A stretch of 64,000 nucleotides of DNA from Psammoneis japonica. Lineage: Eukaryota. The notes beneath the pieces are model-generated. The model did no database searches. It was not told the origin of the DNA and worked only from the letters and a program-made list of their open reading frames with translations. The stretch's first letter is position 1. Every line of letters begins with the position of its first letter. Shown here in pieces: positions 10,901-21,582 of this stretch. Position numbers and translations under genes: made by a program. The stretch covers positions 124,001-188,000 of the forward strand of contig QPGO01000027.1 in NCBI GenBank assembly GCA_008632985.1, read 5' to 3'.

Positions 10901-12295
10901 ACCACCAAGGAGAAGCTTTACATTGTAGCTGGACCCGAATTTGGCAAACTCGAGGGACACATCCTTGTCATCCACAAGGCACTGTATGGACTTCGCAGCT
11001 CCGGTCTCCGCTGGCACGAGCGCTTCGCCGACTGCCTGCGAGCTGAAGGCTTCTTCCCCTGCCGCACCGAACCCGACATTTGGATGCGCAGGAACGGCGA
11101 CCACTATGAATGCACTGGCGTTTATGTGGATGACCTCGCCATTGCCATGAAGGACCCTCAATCTTTCATCGATACTCTCACGGAAAAGTGCAAGTTCAAG
11201 CTCAAGGGTACGGGACCCATTGAGTTCCATCTGGGTTGCGACTTTTCCCGGGACCCCGACGGAACCTTGTGCCTGTCTCCGCGCAAGTGCATCGAGCGCA
11301 TGGTCGACAGCTACGCCCGATTGTTTGGGGAGAAACCTGCCACCAACGCCCTGTCACCTCTAGAGAAGGGTGACCACCCCGAACTGGACACTTCCGAACT
11401 ACTGGGACCCGATGGCATTCACAAGTTCCAGTCTCTTGTTGGTTCACTCCAATGGGCAGTGTCCCTTGGTCGAATTGACATTGCCACGGCTGTCATGTCA
11501 CTCTCTAGCTTCCGAGCTGCGCCCCGTCAAGGCCACTTGGATCGTGCCAAACGCGTCTGTGGGTGCCTCTCCAAGATGCGACATGGTGCTCTCCGCGTTC
11601 GTACGGAAGAGCCCGACCATTCGGATCTCCCTGCTCCGGCCTATGAATGGATGCATTCCGTGTATGGTGAAGCAGAAGAGATGATCCCGAAGGACGCTCC
11701 ACCGCCCCTTGGCAAGTTCGTCACTACCACCCACTGCGTCGATGCAAACTTGCACCATTGCATGCTCACCGGACGCTCTGTCATGGGAATGCTCCACTTC
11801 CTCAACAAATTCCCGGCTGATTGGTTCTCCAAGAAACAAGCCACCGTGGAGACTGCAACCTACGGATCTGAATTTGTTGCCGCAAGGAATTGTGTCGAGC
11901 AGATTGTCGACCTGCGCATCACCCTGCGCTACCTTGGCGTCCCGATCCGTGATGTTAGTCACATGTTCGGTGACAACAAGTCGGTTGTAGACAGTGCCAC
12001 CATCCCGCACTCCAAGTTACACAAGCGACACACCGCACTGTCGTTCCACCGTGTGCGTGAGGCAATTGCCTCTGGTTACCTTGAGTTCCACTTCATCGAG
12101 GGCTCCCGCAATCCTGCTGACATTCTCAGCAAGCATTGGGGTTGCTCCCAAATCTGGGACCTTCTCCGCCCTCTCATGTTCTGGAACTTCATCCCATCCG
12201 AAGTCGAATCTGTTTCTGTGGCTCCTCAAGCAAACTGGGGAGTGACAGGATTTGAACAGGATTTGGATGCGCGCGAAGTATCGCGCGCTGTTTAG
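7916..12295 (+). CDS. pol: Copia Pol: protease, integrase, reverse transcriptase, RNase H (probably inactivated)
   Basis: LVDRGANGG (protease), ISDRAQVE and SEPHQQHQNFAERR (integrase), HKARLVADG, KALYGL, YVDD (RT), GDNKSV and NPADILSK (RNase H). Confidence 0.95.
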   Translation, partial: ALSPASPNPRASNCHESVTANLHDQHLGSDGDVNLSNTTPADCGDSATHVDATSDNPILAHLTKRKPLPPGDLQRLLSPNQAPNASRPGPSAASSTPPASADNTELNGRTCRRVNNHNVICSASAHRSTRTGALVDRGANGGISGDDVRVIARTSRQVDVQGIDDHQLVDIPIVAAGAVIETQRGPVIAILHQHAHTGKGKTIHSCSQLEWHKQDVNDRSVKVPNGLQRIATPDGYVIPIDIKAGLPHVAMRPCTDAEWDTLPHVILTGDDTWDPSVLDHSVTDDDQWCDAISDPQDDPTANPFDECGNCRHRVVVNETILSASLSDDHASALDDHLIPNDDVFYECHLHASDPTGVDVPPPERTVKPKDPPFESLRPCFGFLPADAVRRTFDCTTQCARMPAGTHLRKACKSPNPALNVHRRNEPVATDTICADTPAVDSGCTSAQLFVGTESTVTDVCGTKTDKEFVNTLEDQIHERGAPSKLISDRAQVEISNKVLGILRALFISSWQSEPHQQHQNFAERRHQTVKRMANTVMDRFGSPAHTWLLALMCVCFTLNHTASPRLHWRTPLETLTGSTPDISPLLRFHWWEPVCFHLDDSDWPSESRELRGRFVGIAEHVGHQMTFKILSDETQKILCRSNVRSAAPDPAVRNLRLDPPDGEPPEPIIKSRHDDNPVDSTDGEIRTPKMPVFDPQDIIGRTFLMQPQEDGQRHRARIVKAVEDHEWKVNGNPELTKFVCSVNNDEYEEVLACNDIMNHIEQEDEDTAIWKFRRIASHEGPLKPHDPTWKGSSCNIMLEWESGEITSEPLAIIAKDDPVTCAIYARENGLLDTDGWKRFRTIARRQKKLFHMANQAKLRSFRTAPRYKYGYEVPRNYKHAMSLDERNGNRKWGDATNLEMDQLDEYEVFHDCGPFKSSTPPAGHKKIRVHLVFDVKHDGRHKARLVADGHLTDVPVDSVCSGAVSLRGLRLMIFLAELNELETWATDIGNACLEATTKEKLYIVAGPEFGKLEGHILVIHKALYGLRSSGLRWHERFADCLRAEGFFPCRTEPDIWMRRNGDHYECTGVYVDDLAIAMKDPQSFIDTLTEKCKFKLKGTGPIEFHLGCDFSRDPDGTLCLSPRKCIERMVDSYARLFGEKPATNALSPLEKGDHPELDTSELLGPDGIHKFQSLVGSLQWAVSLGRIDIATAVMSLSSFRAAPRQGHLDRAKRVCGCLSKMRHGALRVRTEEPDHSDLPAPAYEWMHSVYGEAEEMIPKDAPPPLGKFVTTTHCVDANLHHCMLTGRSVMGMLHFLNKFPADWFSKKQATVETATYGSEFVAARNCVEQIVDLRITLRYLGVPIRDVSHMFGDNKSVVDSATIPHSKLHKRHTALSFHRVREAIASGYLEFHFIEGSRNPADILSKHWGCSQIWDLLRPLMFWNFIPSEVESVSVAPQANWGVTGFEQDLDAREVSRAV
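12232..12242 (+). promoter_or_regulatory. Short polypurine tract upstream of the 3' LTR
   Basis: AAACTGGGGAG abuts the TG of the 3' LTR. Confidence 0.6.
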
Positions 12296-12518
12296 TTTGC
12301 CGCACACAGTTTTGTGTGCTTTAGTTCCGCGCGTTTGCGCGCGATGTAGTTTGCTTTCGAGCCACAAGGCTCACAAGAATAACAACAGCAGCCCGATTAT
12401 ACCGACCCACACGTCTTTCGGCTCCTGCAACGGTCTCTGAGCGGAGACTCATCTGCCATTTAGACAGCAGTAAGGAGTCATTGTTTGAATTCTTGCCATT
12501 TGCCTTCAATTTCTGTCA
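12243..12518 (+). repeat. 3' LTR (276 bp)
   Basis: Matches the 5' LTR except six TA versus TG/CA sites. Confidence 0.98.
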
Positions 12519-12770
12519 GGCACAAGAGACTTCATTGGGTCCCTGAGGAGGCAAGAACAACAATGGCTGGGAAGGAAAAGCCTGGTCTTGGGCCAACACA
12601 GCTCCTTTTCTTCTGTCTGATGTGATTGGCTTGCTTTGGCCCAGCCACCTCACCTGCAGAGACAAGGGAGCTTTCTGTGCCATGTGACAGTGCAAGTGCC
12701 CAGTTGTCTTTGGATGGCCTTTTGGGTGCCTTCATTGTGTCTCAGGGGAGCCAACAACAACCAGGGCAAA
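12519..12770. repeat. Continuation of the degenerate tandem array after the LTR insertion
   Basis: GACTTCATTGGGTCCC..CAACAATGGCTGGGAAG..CACCTGCAGAGACAAG..CAGTTGTCTTTGGATGG resumes the unit broken at 5411. Confidence 0.88.
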
Positions 12771-14629
12771 TTCACAGTGTTCCCTGTCTCTTGTTTGGAT
12801 GGAAAACCAAGAGAGAGAGCAAAAGAGCAAGACCCACCTTCAAGTTGCCCACTTTCTTTACAAGGTTGGTCTCCAAAGTTGTCATTTCACTGGCATGAAG
12901 GGTCTGTTTCTGAGCTTTTTGGAGAGAGGCAATTGTCTTGTTGGCAGTGGCAGCAATTTTTGAATGCACCAAATGGCAAATGGGTGTTGATTGAGGTCCT
13001 GGAGCTGGGAGTGTGCAGCACGAGTGTGAAAATTTCAATCTTGACAAGAACATGTGAACAAAATCAAACTTTTTGAATGCATGTGTGACATTGGTGACTG
13101 AATGATTCATTTCACATTGAGGCAGTTTCAAATCATTCAAACCATTGTGTTGCAACAAAATCATTGATTTTTAAAACAAAGTCATTGCTGGAAAAGAGAT
13201 GCCAACAGGAATCAACTGATGGTCAGGCTTGCATTTTGGCCAAAAACAAGAATTGTTGCTCTCTCACAAGACACAAAAAATGCAAACTCAAGTCACACCC
13301 GACATCGGACAATGAGAGCAGTGGGGACAGGCAGCGGCATTGCGGATGGGACAGAATGACATGCAGAACACAAGGTGAGAAAAATGAGTGGCAAATGCAT
13401 GGAGATTGGGAGCACAATGCAAACAACTGACACTTGTGCACATCTTTGCACACAGACATCTAGACACGCAACCTGAGCTGCAATGGAAGATGGGCAACAG
13501 GGAAGGGCACAAAGGTGAGCAAAAGCAGCACATGAGATGAGATTGTAAGAAAAACACCAAGACATGCACAAAACCTTGTCATTGGCACAAAGTTTTCTCT
13601 TGTTGCAGGCAATGCTTTGAACTGCCAAACAGAAGGAGTGCAAGACAGATTGTTGCAGAATGAGATGTTGTTGCCTGGTGCAGATGATCACACAGAGAGC
13701 AAGAGTGGTTGCAAGGGAGGACACCAGTGCAGAAACAACAAAACAGAACATTTGCAAATGAGATGACAAGCAGCACACAGCAGATGCACAATCAGGCCAA
13801 CAAGACAATTGAACATCATTGTTGTCAGAAATGAACAATGTCAGAAAGTTGTTGTGAACACACGGTTGTTTTAAGAAAGAAACAAATGCAAGCAACAAGT
13901 TTCCTGCTTGGAAGGTCAGTTTAATTGTGGACAGATGTGAAAATGATGTCAAAACAAAGAGACATGAAAGATTGACAAGAATGTGTGTGTGATGCGACTG
14001 ACTTACATTGACCATTAAATCCTGCTTGGAAGGTTCAAACAATGGTCAAACTCCCTTTGTCAATGACTGTCAAGGACTTGTTGTGAACACATGATTCTGA
14101 ACAAGAGAATGTGAGCTCTGAACAAGAGCCACAACATTTTCCAGACGTTGTTCAAAACAGGCAGACCCAACAAAGAAACAGCAATGTGGTCTCTCAGATG
14201 CACCTGAAGAACAATGACATGCATTGTGTGCCATCATTTCTTGAAATGTGTTGCCTCCTGAACATTTTTGTTCATCAGATTCACTCACACAAAATGCACT
14301 GTGAAAGAAGAAGGACTGACACAATTGCCAACACCTGATTGGCACATTTCTCACCTGGGATGAAAGGACACATCTGTGTCATGAGCAATGGGCAATGGTT
14401 GCCCAGCAGGAGGTGTCATGCCACTTGCATCATGCAGAGGAGATTGTCATCCTCACCTGCACTCTCATCAAGGATGGTGTCACCAAGTTGGTGCAAGGCT
14501 GGCGCCAGCAATGTCAAGGCAGCAGGTGCAATGTGGAAAAATGATGCGCGGCTCTTTTTGCCACAGCATGATGCTTGTTGATTCTCTTTCCTTGCCCAGC
14601 AACCTGCTTTTGTTGTGCATGCTGCCAAC

Positions 14630-15390
14630 AATCTGTGGCTTGAGGCTTGAGGTCAACACCAGAAAATCCTCTTTCTGCTGTCAAACCCAGCTTGAGCATC
14701 TTGGCCATGTGACACAGTGCTCCTCAAAAGCACTCTTCTGTTGTGAAGCAAGATTGACAGAGCCAACTGAGCAATTTGTCCAACCAGCAAACAAACAAAC
14801 AAACAAAGAGAGCTGCAATCATTTGTGGGCACACAACTGACTGTGGTCAAGATGTGCATTGACGCATTGCTTTGAGAATTTGTTGGCACCCCCTGCAAGA
14901 CTTGTGGGTGGGACTGTTGGTAAATGGGGTTGTGCACACCAGTTGCAAAAAGAGTTCTCAGTTCCATCACATGCACCACACCAGATGACACACCATTGTC
15001 AAGTCCAGACTTCAACTGGCCACTTTTGAGATTCACACCAATGCCTCCAAAAATGTCAACTCAGATCAGCAGCACAGCAAAAGAACAAGCCTGTTGCTGC
15101 TTTCTGCAGTGGCAGAAAGCTCAACAGTGCTCAGCTGGGCTGCACAGTGGCAAAGAGGAGAGAACAAGTTGCCGTCACAGATCCCAAAGGAAATTAAAAA
15201 ATTGCATTGTCATTGGATGATTGTGTGCACTGATCACAAAAACCTCCAGCAATGCTGTGTTTCTAGGACAGAAAAAACATTTCATTGGAGACTGGCATGT
15301 GAAAGAAAGAGTGCAGCCCCAAACTGTGCTGTGTCAAGCACAGTGACAAGCTGGTGGCTGACACCTTGAGTTGCCCAAATCTTGAGGCAC
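14630..15390 (+). mobile_element. Relic of Ty3/Gypsy-type pol (RT end and RNase H)
   Basis: LEVNTRKSSFCCQTQLEHLGHV (cf. LKVN..KS.F...LEYLGY), PDFN..FEIHTNASK across a frameshift, IVCTDHKNL, VADTLS. Confidence 0.75.
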
Positions 15391-16289
15391 AGATGGACTC
15401 CAAGTGCAATCTTGCTGTCTTGGGTCCACCCAACAGAAGAAGTGATGCACAATTTCCATGTGAAGTCTTGACACATGATCATGGAAGCCAAAAAACATCA
15501 TCCCTGCAATGTTGCTGCTGCTTCCAGTTAATGCTCAGATGCACTGGTGCGCACTTCAAATGGCTTGGTCTTGAAATCTAGATGTGTCAGCAAAACTTCT
15601 TTTGTCACCTTGACACCACGCACTTGAAAATGTCAAGAGTGCTTTGTCTTTGACATGTGTTGACCCCATTTGGGAGCCCCACCTGTGAGTTTTGTGTGTG
15701 AGGGGCATCAAAATGTCCAAACAGCAGCATGGCCACATGTCTTTTCTTTGTTCTTTGGCTTGACAATCTGCTCAATTGCTTTGAATTTTTTGGTTGACAG
15801 CTGAGTGCCTTTTCTTGTGACGTGTTCTTTGGCTCAGCTGCAGTCAGCTCAGTTGCTTTGACCTTTTTGGTTGATGGCCATGAGTGCCTTCTCTTGGGAC
15901 ATTGCACCCAAGCCACTTCAAACAAGTTTGGCAAGATGCTGTCTTGCTGGCATTCACATCAATTCTGGCATCTCATTGGAGTTTTTCAAGGACCCCATCC
16001 AGTTTCTCAAGATGGTCTCCAAAGGATCCCTTTGTTGTCATCAGCAAATTGTCTGTGTGCACACATGCAAAAAAGGCACTTTTTTCTGAAATGTTTCTCC
16101 ACAGAAAAATTGAAGTGCAAAGCTCAAGGGATGATCATGCTGCATTGAGTCAAACACATCAGTGACCCAGTGCTTTTTGCTGCAGAAAGCATGCATCACA
16201 CAAGATGTTTGCTGGTGTTCATCACAGTTGTCAGCATGCAACATTTGTTGCAGCACTCACATGGATGAAGTGACTCCAGAGGGGAGATC

Positions 16290-16920
16290 ACTGTGTGCTG
16301 GCTTTGGAGCACTTTGAAAGGAGCTTGATTGAGGTGGCTCTCAGACGTGCAAACTTGATGTTGCTCTGCTGGCCAGGTTCCAACTTAAATGGTTGTTCAA
16401 CCTCAACCAATTGCGAACAAGCAACAAATTGGAGCATGGAAAGCACTGGAAGCACTTCACCAGAAAGGATGAGCCCAAGCCATTGGGGTGTCAAATTTCT
16501 CTGTCCAACATTTGCAGCAGAGCCAAAGGAAGATGGAGCACCAATCATGCCAGCAGTTGACCAGATCCAGGCAAGCATGACCCTGCAGCATGCTGACATT
16601 GTTGAGTGTTGCAAGCAGAACAGTGTCATGCTTCAAGCCTGCAGTCCATTGTTCAGACATGGACTGTGCAAACTCCAAAAAGAAATCAAAACAATCATGG
16701 CCAAGTGCCAAAATGTTGCTCCAACATGCACTTGTTGAGTTCCACCACTTGGGGATTGTGCAAACTCCAAAAAGAAATCAAAACAATCATGGCCAACTGC
16801 CAAAAGGTTGCTCCATCATGCACTTGTCAAGTTCTGCCACTCGCATGGTCACGAACACAGAGGTCTTTAATTTTGAGCCATTGGGTGCCAAAATGGAGCT
16901 TCCAAACAAGATCAACAAGT
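16290..16920 (+). pseudogene. Aldo/keto reductase relic with a ~92-bp internal duplication (16661-16841)
   Basis: PAVDQIQ...IVECCKQNSVMLQACSPL (cf. VNQIE...EYCK..GI..QAYSPL) and NTEVFNFE; stops and frameshifts. Confidence 0.75.
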
Positions 16921-17161
16921 CAGATGGTGCTTGGGGTTTGCCAGCGCCTCAAAAGTTTTTCCCTGGCAAACCAGAGGGCAAGTTGAGTTTAGATGGATCA
17001 ACCAGAGAGCAAAACCCACCAAGGCTTCGGCATCTTGTTTCTCTGCATTCTGCAAATGGGCAGTTGCAGCTCTTGTGGTGGTTGCGTGATGCCAGCAGAT
17101 GACTGCAGATTGGGGACAGTTGCCATCCCTGAGGCCAGGAGCTGTGGTCAACAAGAACAAT

Positions 17162-18760
17162 CTAATGCTGCTGAGGCTCAATGTTCCACTTCTTGATCAC
17201 AGTGCCATCGCTGGCATGAGCAGAAAGCTCATCGCCAATGTTGGCAGTTAAAAGCAACTGCTCTTTGGGTGTGACCTTGGCAACAAGTGAGCCATTTAGT
17301 GAGACCGAAATGTCTTTGACATTGTTGTTCATAAACAGAAATTCCACAAAACCCGTTTTCAGCTCATCCCAAACAATCCCGGCAAAATCCTTTACATGCA
17401 AAACAGCATTCTTTGCCTGTGGAGCATGGTTGATGTCCGACTCATCCACCAGAGCAAAGCGCATGCCTGCACCCCAGTTTTCATTTCCAGTTTTCTCCAA
17501 CTTTCCGCCTGCATCAGAACATGTGGCATCAAAGTTGGAGTCCCTGAACCAAAAACAAGTGCATGGTCCGTAGATCAATGCTCTTGACACGGAGCTCTCG
17601 TTTGGCCCCCCGCAATGTGTGATCTGGCCGTCAAACACAACGGCATCCCCCATTTCAACAAGTGGTGCACACCAATGATCTGGAGGACAGGCACTCACCG
17701 TTGCTCAAAAAAACGTTTGCATTTCTTGAAAGGGGCTCCCTTCCTCAATTAGAGCCTCGTTGAGAGCAGGCACGTTCATTGGAACACCGCTCAAGTGCAA
17801 TGACCCCACGCAGAACTCCGTCGGACCATGGGCATGAGCAGCATTCTCAACAAGTGGTGTGAACACACTGGAGGCGAAGGGTGGCAAGTCATGTCCGCCA
17901 ATTCCTGATGCATCAAAGCTCTCACTCATCCAAATGTAGCTCATGTCATCGTGTCAATGCATTGTTGGAGCACCACTCTCCAAAATCTCCGAACCCACCT
18001 GGCTCAAGATGACATCCGGTCCCAGCACCTTCTCATGACTCATTGTGTTGAGGACATTTTCGTTTTGGAACATTTCATGGCCACCCAGCCACCGGGGAAG
18101 AATGACATCATGGCACTTCTTGCCTTGATCTTGCACAATGTCGTGCACTCTAGAGTCTGCAGTCTTTGCATCCGCCCCACTGATCTGACCTGCATGGATG
18201 GCGTAGAGACAGTTGTCGTGTTTGGTGTGACACTCCTCTGCAATTTCTTTGGGGATGATGTTTCGCAAAACCAGCAAACGGCACTTGTTGAACATGAGAG
18301 CTGCTTCTTCAGGATCAAAGTCTTCAGCAGAGACATCCAATTCCCATTCCATGCAGTCGCAGTCATCCACAACACTTTCCAATTGACGGGCATGGCAATC
18401 CGTGCAGGCAGCAAACATCTCTTCCGCTGTCGGGCCGTCGCATTGTGACATGACCTCATTCTCTTGTTGTCCCATTGCCTCAAGCGTCAACTTCATGAGC
18501 TTGGCCAGGGAGTCGTCAGCTTTGTCATTGCCTTTGACCTCTGACAGTGGAATCATGGCATTCTTGAGCACATCAACCTTGTCAACCTGCATGCTCAAGA
18601 GGGCGGATTTTGCCAACTCTGACACAGCATCAATGCTCGATGTTGGTTGCTCAGCTTCTTGTTGGATCCCGGGCTCATCCTCGGAAGCGGAGATTCCACA
18701 GGCAAGCACCACAAGCACCAAACCTCGGAAAAGATGATTCATCACTGAGGAAAGCAACAA
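17162..18760 (-). pseudogene. Phytanoyl-CoA dioxygenase (PhyH)-like 2OG/Fe(II) oxygenase with signal peptide, disrupted
   Basis: Three collinear ORFs split by stops; SGAPTMH*HDD, GPTEFCVGS, GDAVVFDGQITHCGGPNES..RALIY. Confidence 0.7.
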
Positions 18761-20498
18761 TGAAACAATTGTGTTGTGCCATGCTCAATTAATGCGTCAA
18801 GCATCTCTGCACCAGGAGTTCACCAAAATTGTGTCTGATTTTTTCAAAAAAATTTGAGTCTTGCAGCCAAATCTGCAGCACTGCATGGATGGTTGAGCTC
18901 TCTCAAAATGACAGCAATGATGACCAATGGATGTTTTGGGGGTTGGCGCACGCAACTGTGCTGCCTGCGCTGTGTAAAAACTCAGGGATCTATCCCTCAC
19001 TGATTGGTCGCTTCAAATGAATGCACACTGAAGATCTTCCATCAAGTTGTTGCTGCTCAAGCACTGGGGGCACAGCTGGAGCAGAGAGGATGGGCAGGAT
19101 GATGAGAGCTCCAAGCAACAAGCACCACAAGCCTTGTTTTCCAAAGATCTGTGCCCTCAGAGTGAGGGCAAAGCTCATTTCAAGAAAGCACAACACTTTG
19201 GTGTGAGTGCATGGGCTCATGTGCCAAGCCTGTTGGTGTGCTGGGAGCACTTGAAGATTTGGCAACTTGACTCACTGCACCAAAAAGTGTGACAGCACCC
19301 CTTTGTGCCCCTCTGTGTCTGGGTTCAGAAAAGTGACACATGCCGTGCTTTCACAGCTGGCCCTCCCAGGCCTGTGGCAGACTGGCGCATGTGTGGCCAT
19401 GCCAGTGTTGAGCATGGCAGCAGCAGCATGAGATGCTTTTTCACCTCTCATTGTCTGCAGTCAATGATGCACATTATCTTGGAGGGTCTAAAGTGCTGTG
19501 TGGCTGGTGCCTTCTTGGCCAGCCTCTTTGCCCCACACATCCAGCTGTGCTGAGAGCTCAAAACGGCTCTGCTGTGGGAGCAAACAGCAAGGCAGTCACA
19601 GGCAGAGCTGGAGCAGTGCAACCCTCACCAAGCAAAAGCAAGAAGCTGACTCCAAAAGGAGTTCAAGGTGCTTGATGCAAGGTTTCCATGATCTTGACAG
19701 AGAACAGCTCAACACATGGCCAGAAGCAGGCGCCATGCTGATGCACCAGGCATTGCCCAAAGAGTTGACAGCTGTGCAGAAATGCTTGCTTTTGGCAAAG
19801 AAAAAACTGCAAATGCCACAACTTTTTCTCTGCTGCTGCTGCTGCTTGCTTTCTGGCCATGATGTTGCTTTGCAATTGAGGTGCTGTGCCCTGCTGAGAA
19901 AGGGTTGTGGGGGAGAACAGAGGGGGGCGGGCAATGCAGTGAAAAACAGCTGTGCAAAAGGCTTTGAAATGCCACAGCATGGAGAAGGGCGCCCCCAATC
20001 TGCTCAAATGGAGGAAAATGGAGGATCCAAAGCTGGGCACTCACAAGTGCTCACTTGATTGCAAAACTTTTGAGAACAAAAACTCTTGGCACGGAGCTGG
20101 CCAACTCCTGTCTGAGCATGAGGAGGAGCACTCCTCCGCCAACCTCTTGCAACAGATGTGATCTTAAAAAACAGCAGCCAAGCGAACCAATCTTTTGATT
20201 GTTGATGCCCTGCCGTTCTTGCCACAAGCCAGCCAAGAGAGAGAGAGGAGAGGAGAGAGAGAGCGTTCTCCACCAGTCGCACCCGGTGCTTACAACATGT
20301 GCAACAGCCACACTCACTGTTGTGAATGAAGTGCCGCCGGGGGGGGGGAGCACAGCCAGACTGGTTGGAAAAATAATGTGCGTGCGTGTTTTCTATTTTC
20401 GTTTTTTTTCCCCGTGAATTTGAAATTGCGATGATGGTGAACTGACGGTGAACATTGACCCCAGTCCCTCCTCTCTTTCTTCGTGTGACTCCGTCATA

Positions 20499-21440
20499 AT
20501 GACAAGCCTTGCGTCGGTAAGCGACGATGCGAATAGGATTGTCGACAAGTACTTGGACGCTGTCGGTCTTTCACGGGAGCAACCGACACACAGTTTTTTG
20601 TGTCTCCTCCTTCACCGGCATATGGAAAGGTTTCCCATGTCGAGTGTCCTTCCTTGTCTAGGGGCATCACCGGAGTCTATGGGTTTAGACACCCAGTCTC
20701 TATACAATACAATTGTTCGAGATCGACGAGGCGGTTACTGTTTCCAGCAAAACAAACTTCTGTATGATGTTCTTGTAAACTTGAATTACCAAGTGAGGCT
20801 AGTATTGGCTCGTGTTACAAACAACAAAGAGAACTTTCGACCAGGATTGACTCATCGAATCTCCTTGGTTAACTTGCCAGAAGGAACCTTTGTAGTAGAT
20901 GTAGCGTTTGGTGAAAAATGTCCTCCTGGTCCTGTTCCTCTTGACGGAAAAGAGTTGATTGTGAGTTTGCCTCGCAGGTACCGTGTCTTTAATGCCAATA
21001 AGAATGCTGCCAGAAACTCAGAGTTGGACCCCGATCCCTTGCATATGCAAGTCAATGATCCAGAGGGAGGAAAAGAATGGTACACCACGTACAAGTTTGA
21101 TCTTGGTATCAACTACTCGGAGGAGGATTGCAAAGTCAGTCACTTCTTCTCGTCACAATCCCCGGACGCTGTTTTCGTAAATACGCTGTTTGTTTCCAAG
21201 CGACGGTCAAGCGATTGCTCTGTACAGGAGCTAGCCTTTTTGAAATATAGGTGCATTGGTCAACATGATGGAAGTGAACTGGACTGCCGAATTGTCGAGA
21301 GTGCAGAAGAATTGCGTCAGCTGTTGTTGGATACATTTGAGGTGCATGTCACGGAGGACGAGAGCGCACGTCTCTTTGCAAAGAACAAAGCAAAGATGGA
21401 AGAACGAAATAGGAAGGCAGATACTGACGAATCAGTATAG
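20499..21440 (+). CDS. Arylamine N-acetyltransferase family protein, intronless
   Basis: RRGGYCFQQN, TH and VVDVAFG give the Cys-His-Asp triad; normal composition. Confidence 0.92.
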   Translation: MTSLASVSDDANRIVDKYLDAVGLSREQPTHSFLCLLLHRHMERFPMSSVLPCLGASPESMGLDTQSLYNTIVRDRRGGYCFQQNKLLYDVLVNLNYQVRLVLARVTNNKENFRPGLTHRISLVNLPEGTFVVDVAFGEKCPPGPVPLDGKELIVSLPRRYRVFNANKNAARNSELDPDPLHMQVNDPEGGKEWYTTYKFDLGINYSEEDCKVSHFFSSQSPDAVFVNTLFVSKRRSSDCSVQELAFLKYRCIGQHDGSELDCRIVESAEELRQLLLDTFEVHVTEDESARLFAKNKAKMEERNRKADTDESV

Positions 21441-21582
21441 GACGCAGACGTCGACGCTAAACTGAATACAGACCGCGCATGGTATAACAAGCATAGAGAA
21501 AGGTTTACGTAATCATAGAAGTATGCATTCAGAATTGCACTATAAAATTGGTTTGTGTATTCTCTTCCCCCACGTCCAAAAC

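Larger units (their letters stand above)
5412..12518 (+). mobile_element. Full-length Ty1/copia LTR retrotransposon, CoDi-like, 7107 bp, 5-bp TSD GGCAC
   Basis: Two 276-bp LTRs with TGACAG...CTGTCA termini; GGCAC at 5407-5411 and 12519-12523; domain order gag-protease-integrase-RT-RNase H. Confidence 0.98.
12519..20370. other. TpA-depleted (largely also CpG-depleted) domain containing gene and TE relics
   Basis: Dinucleotide pattern and nearly Tyr-free six-frame ORFs; ends just before the NAT gene. Confidence 0.9.

Noticed and set aside
6627..12295. Alternative genetic code or ADAR/RT-stage editing
   Set aside because: Neighbouring genes use Tyr normally; changes occur on both strands, in non-coding DNA and between the two LTRs after insertion.
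5412..12518. Classical fungal RIP (CA->TA) as the cause of the LTR differences
   Set aside because: RIP enriches TA and creates stops; here TA is depleted, the ORF is open and conserved Tyr is lost.
425..20350. Many overlapping 60-270 aa ORFs rich in Cys/His/Gln/Trp
   Set aside because: By-product of TAA/TAG depletion; no coherent domains apart from the copia ORFs and relics listed.
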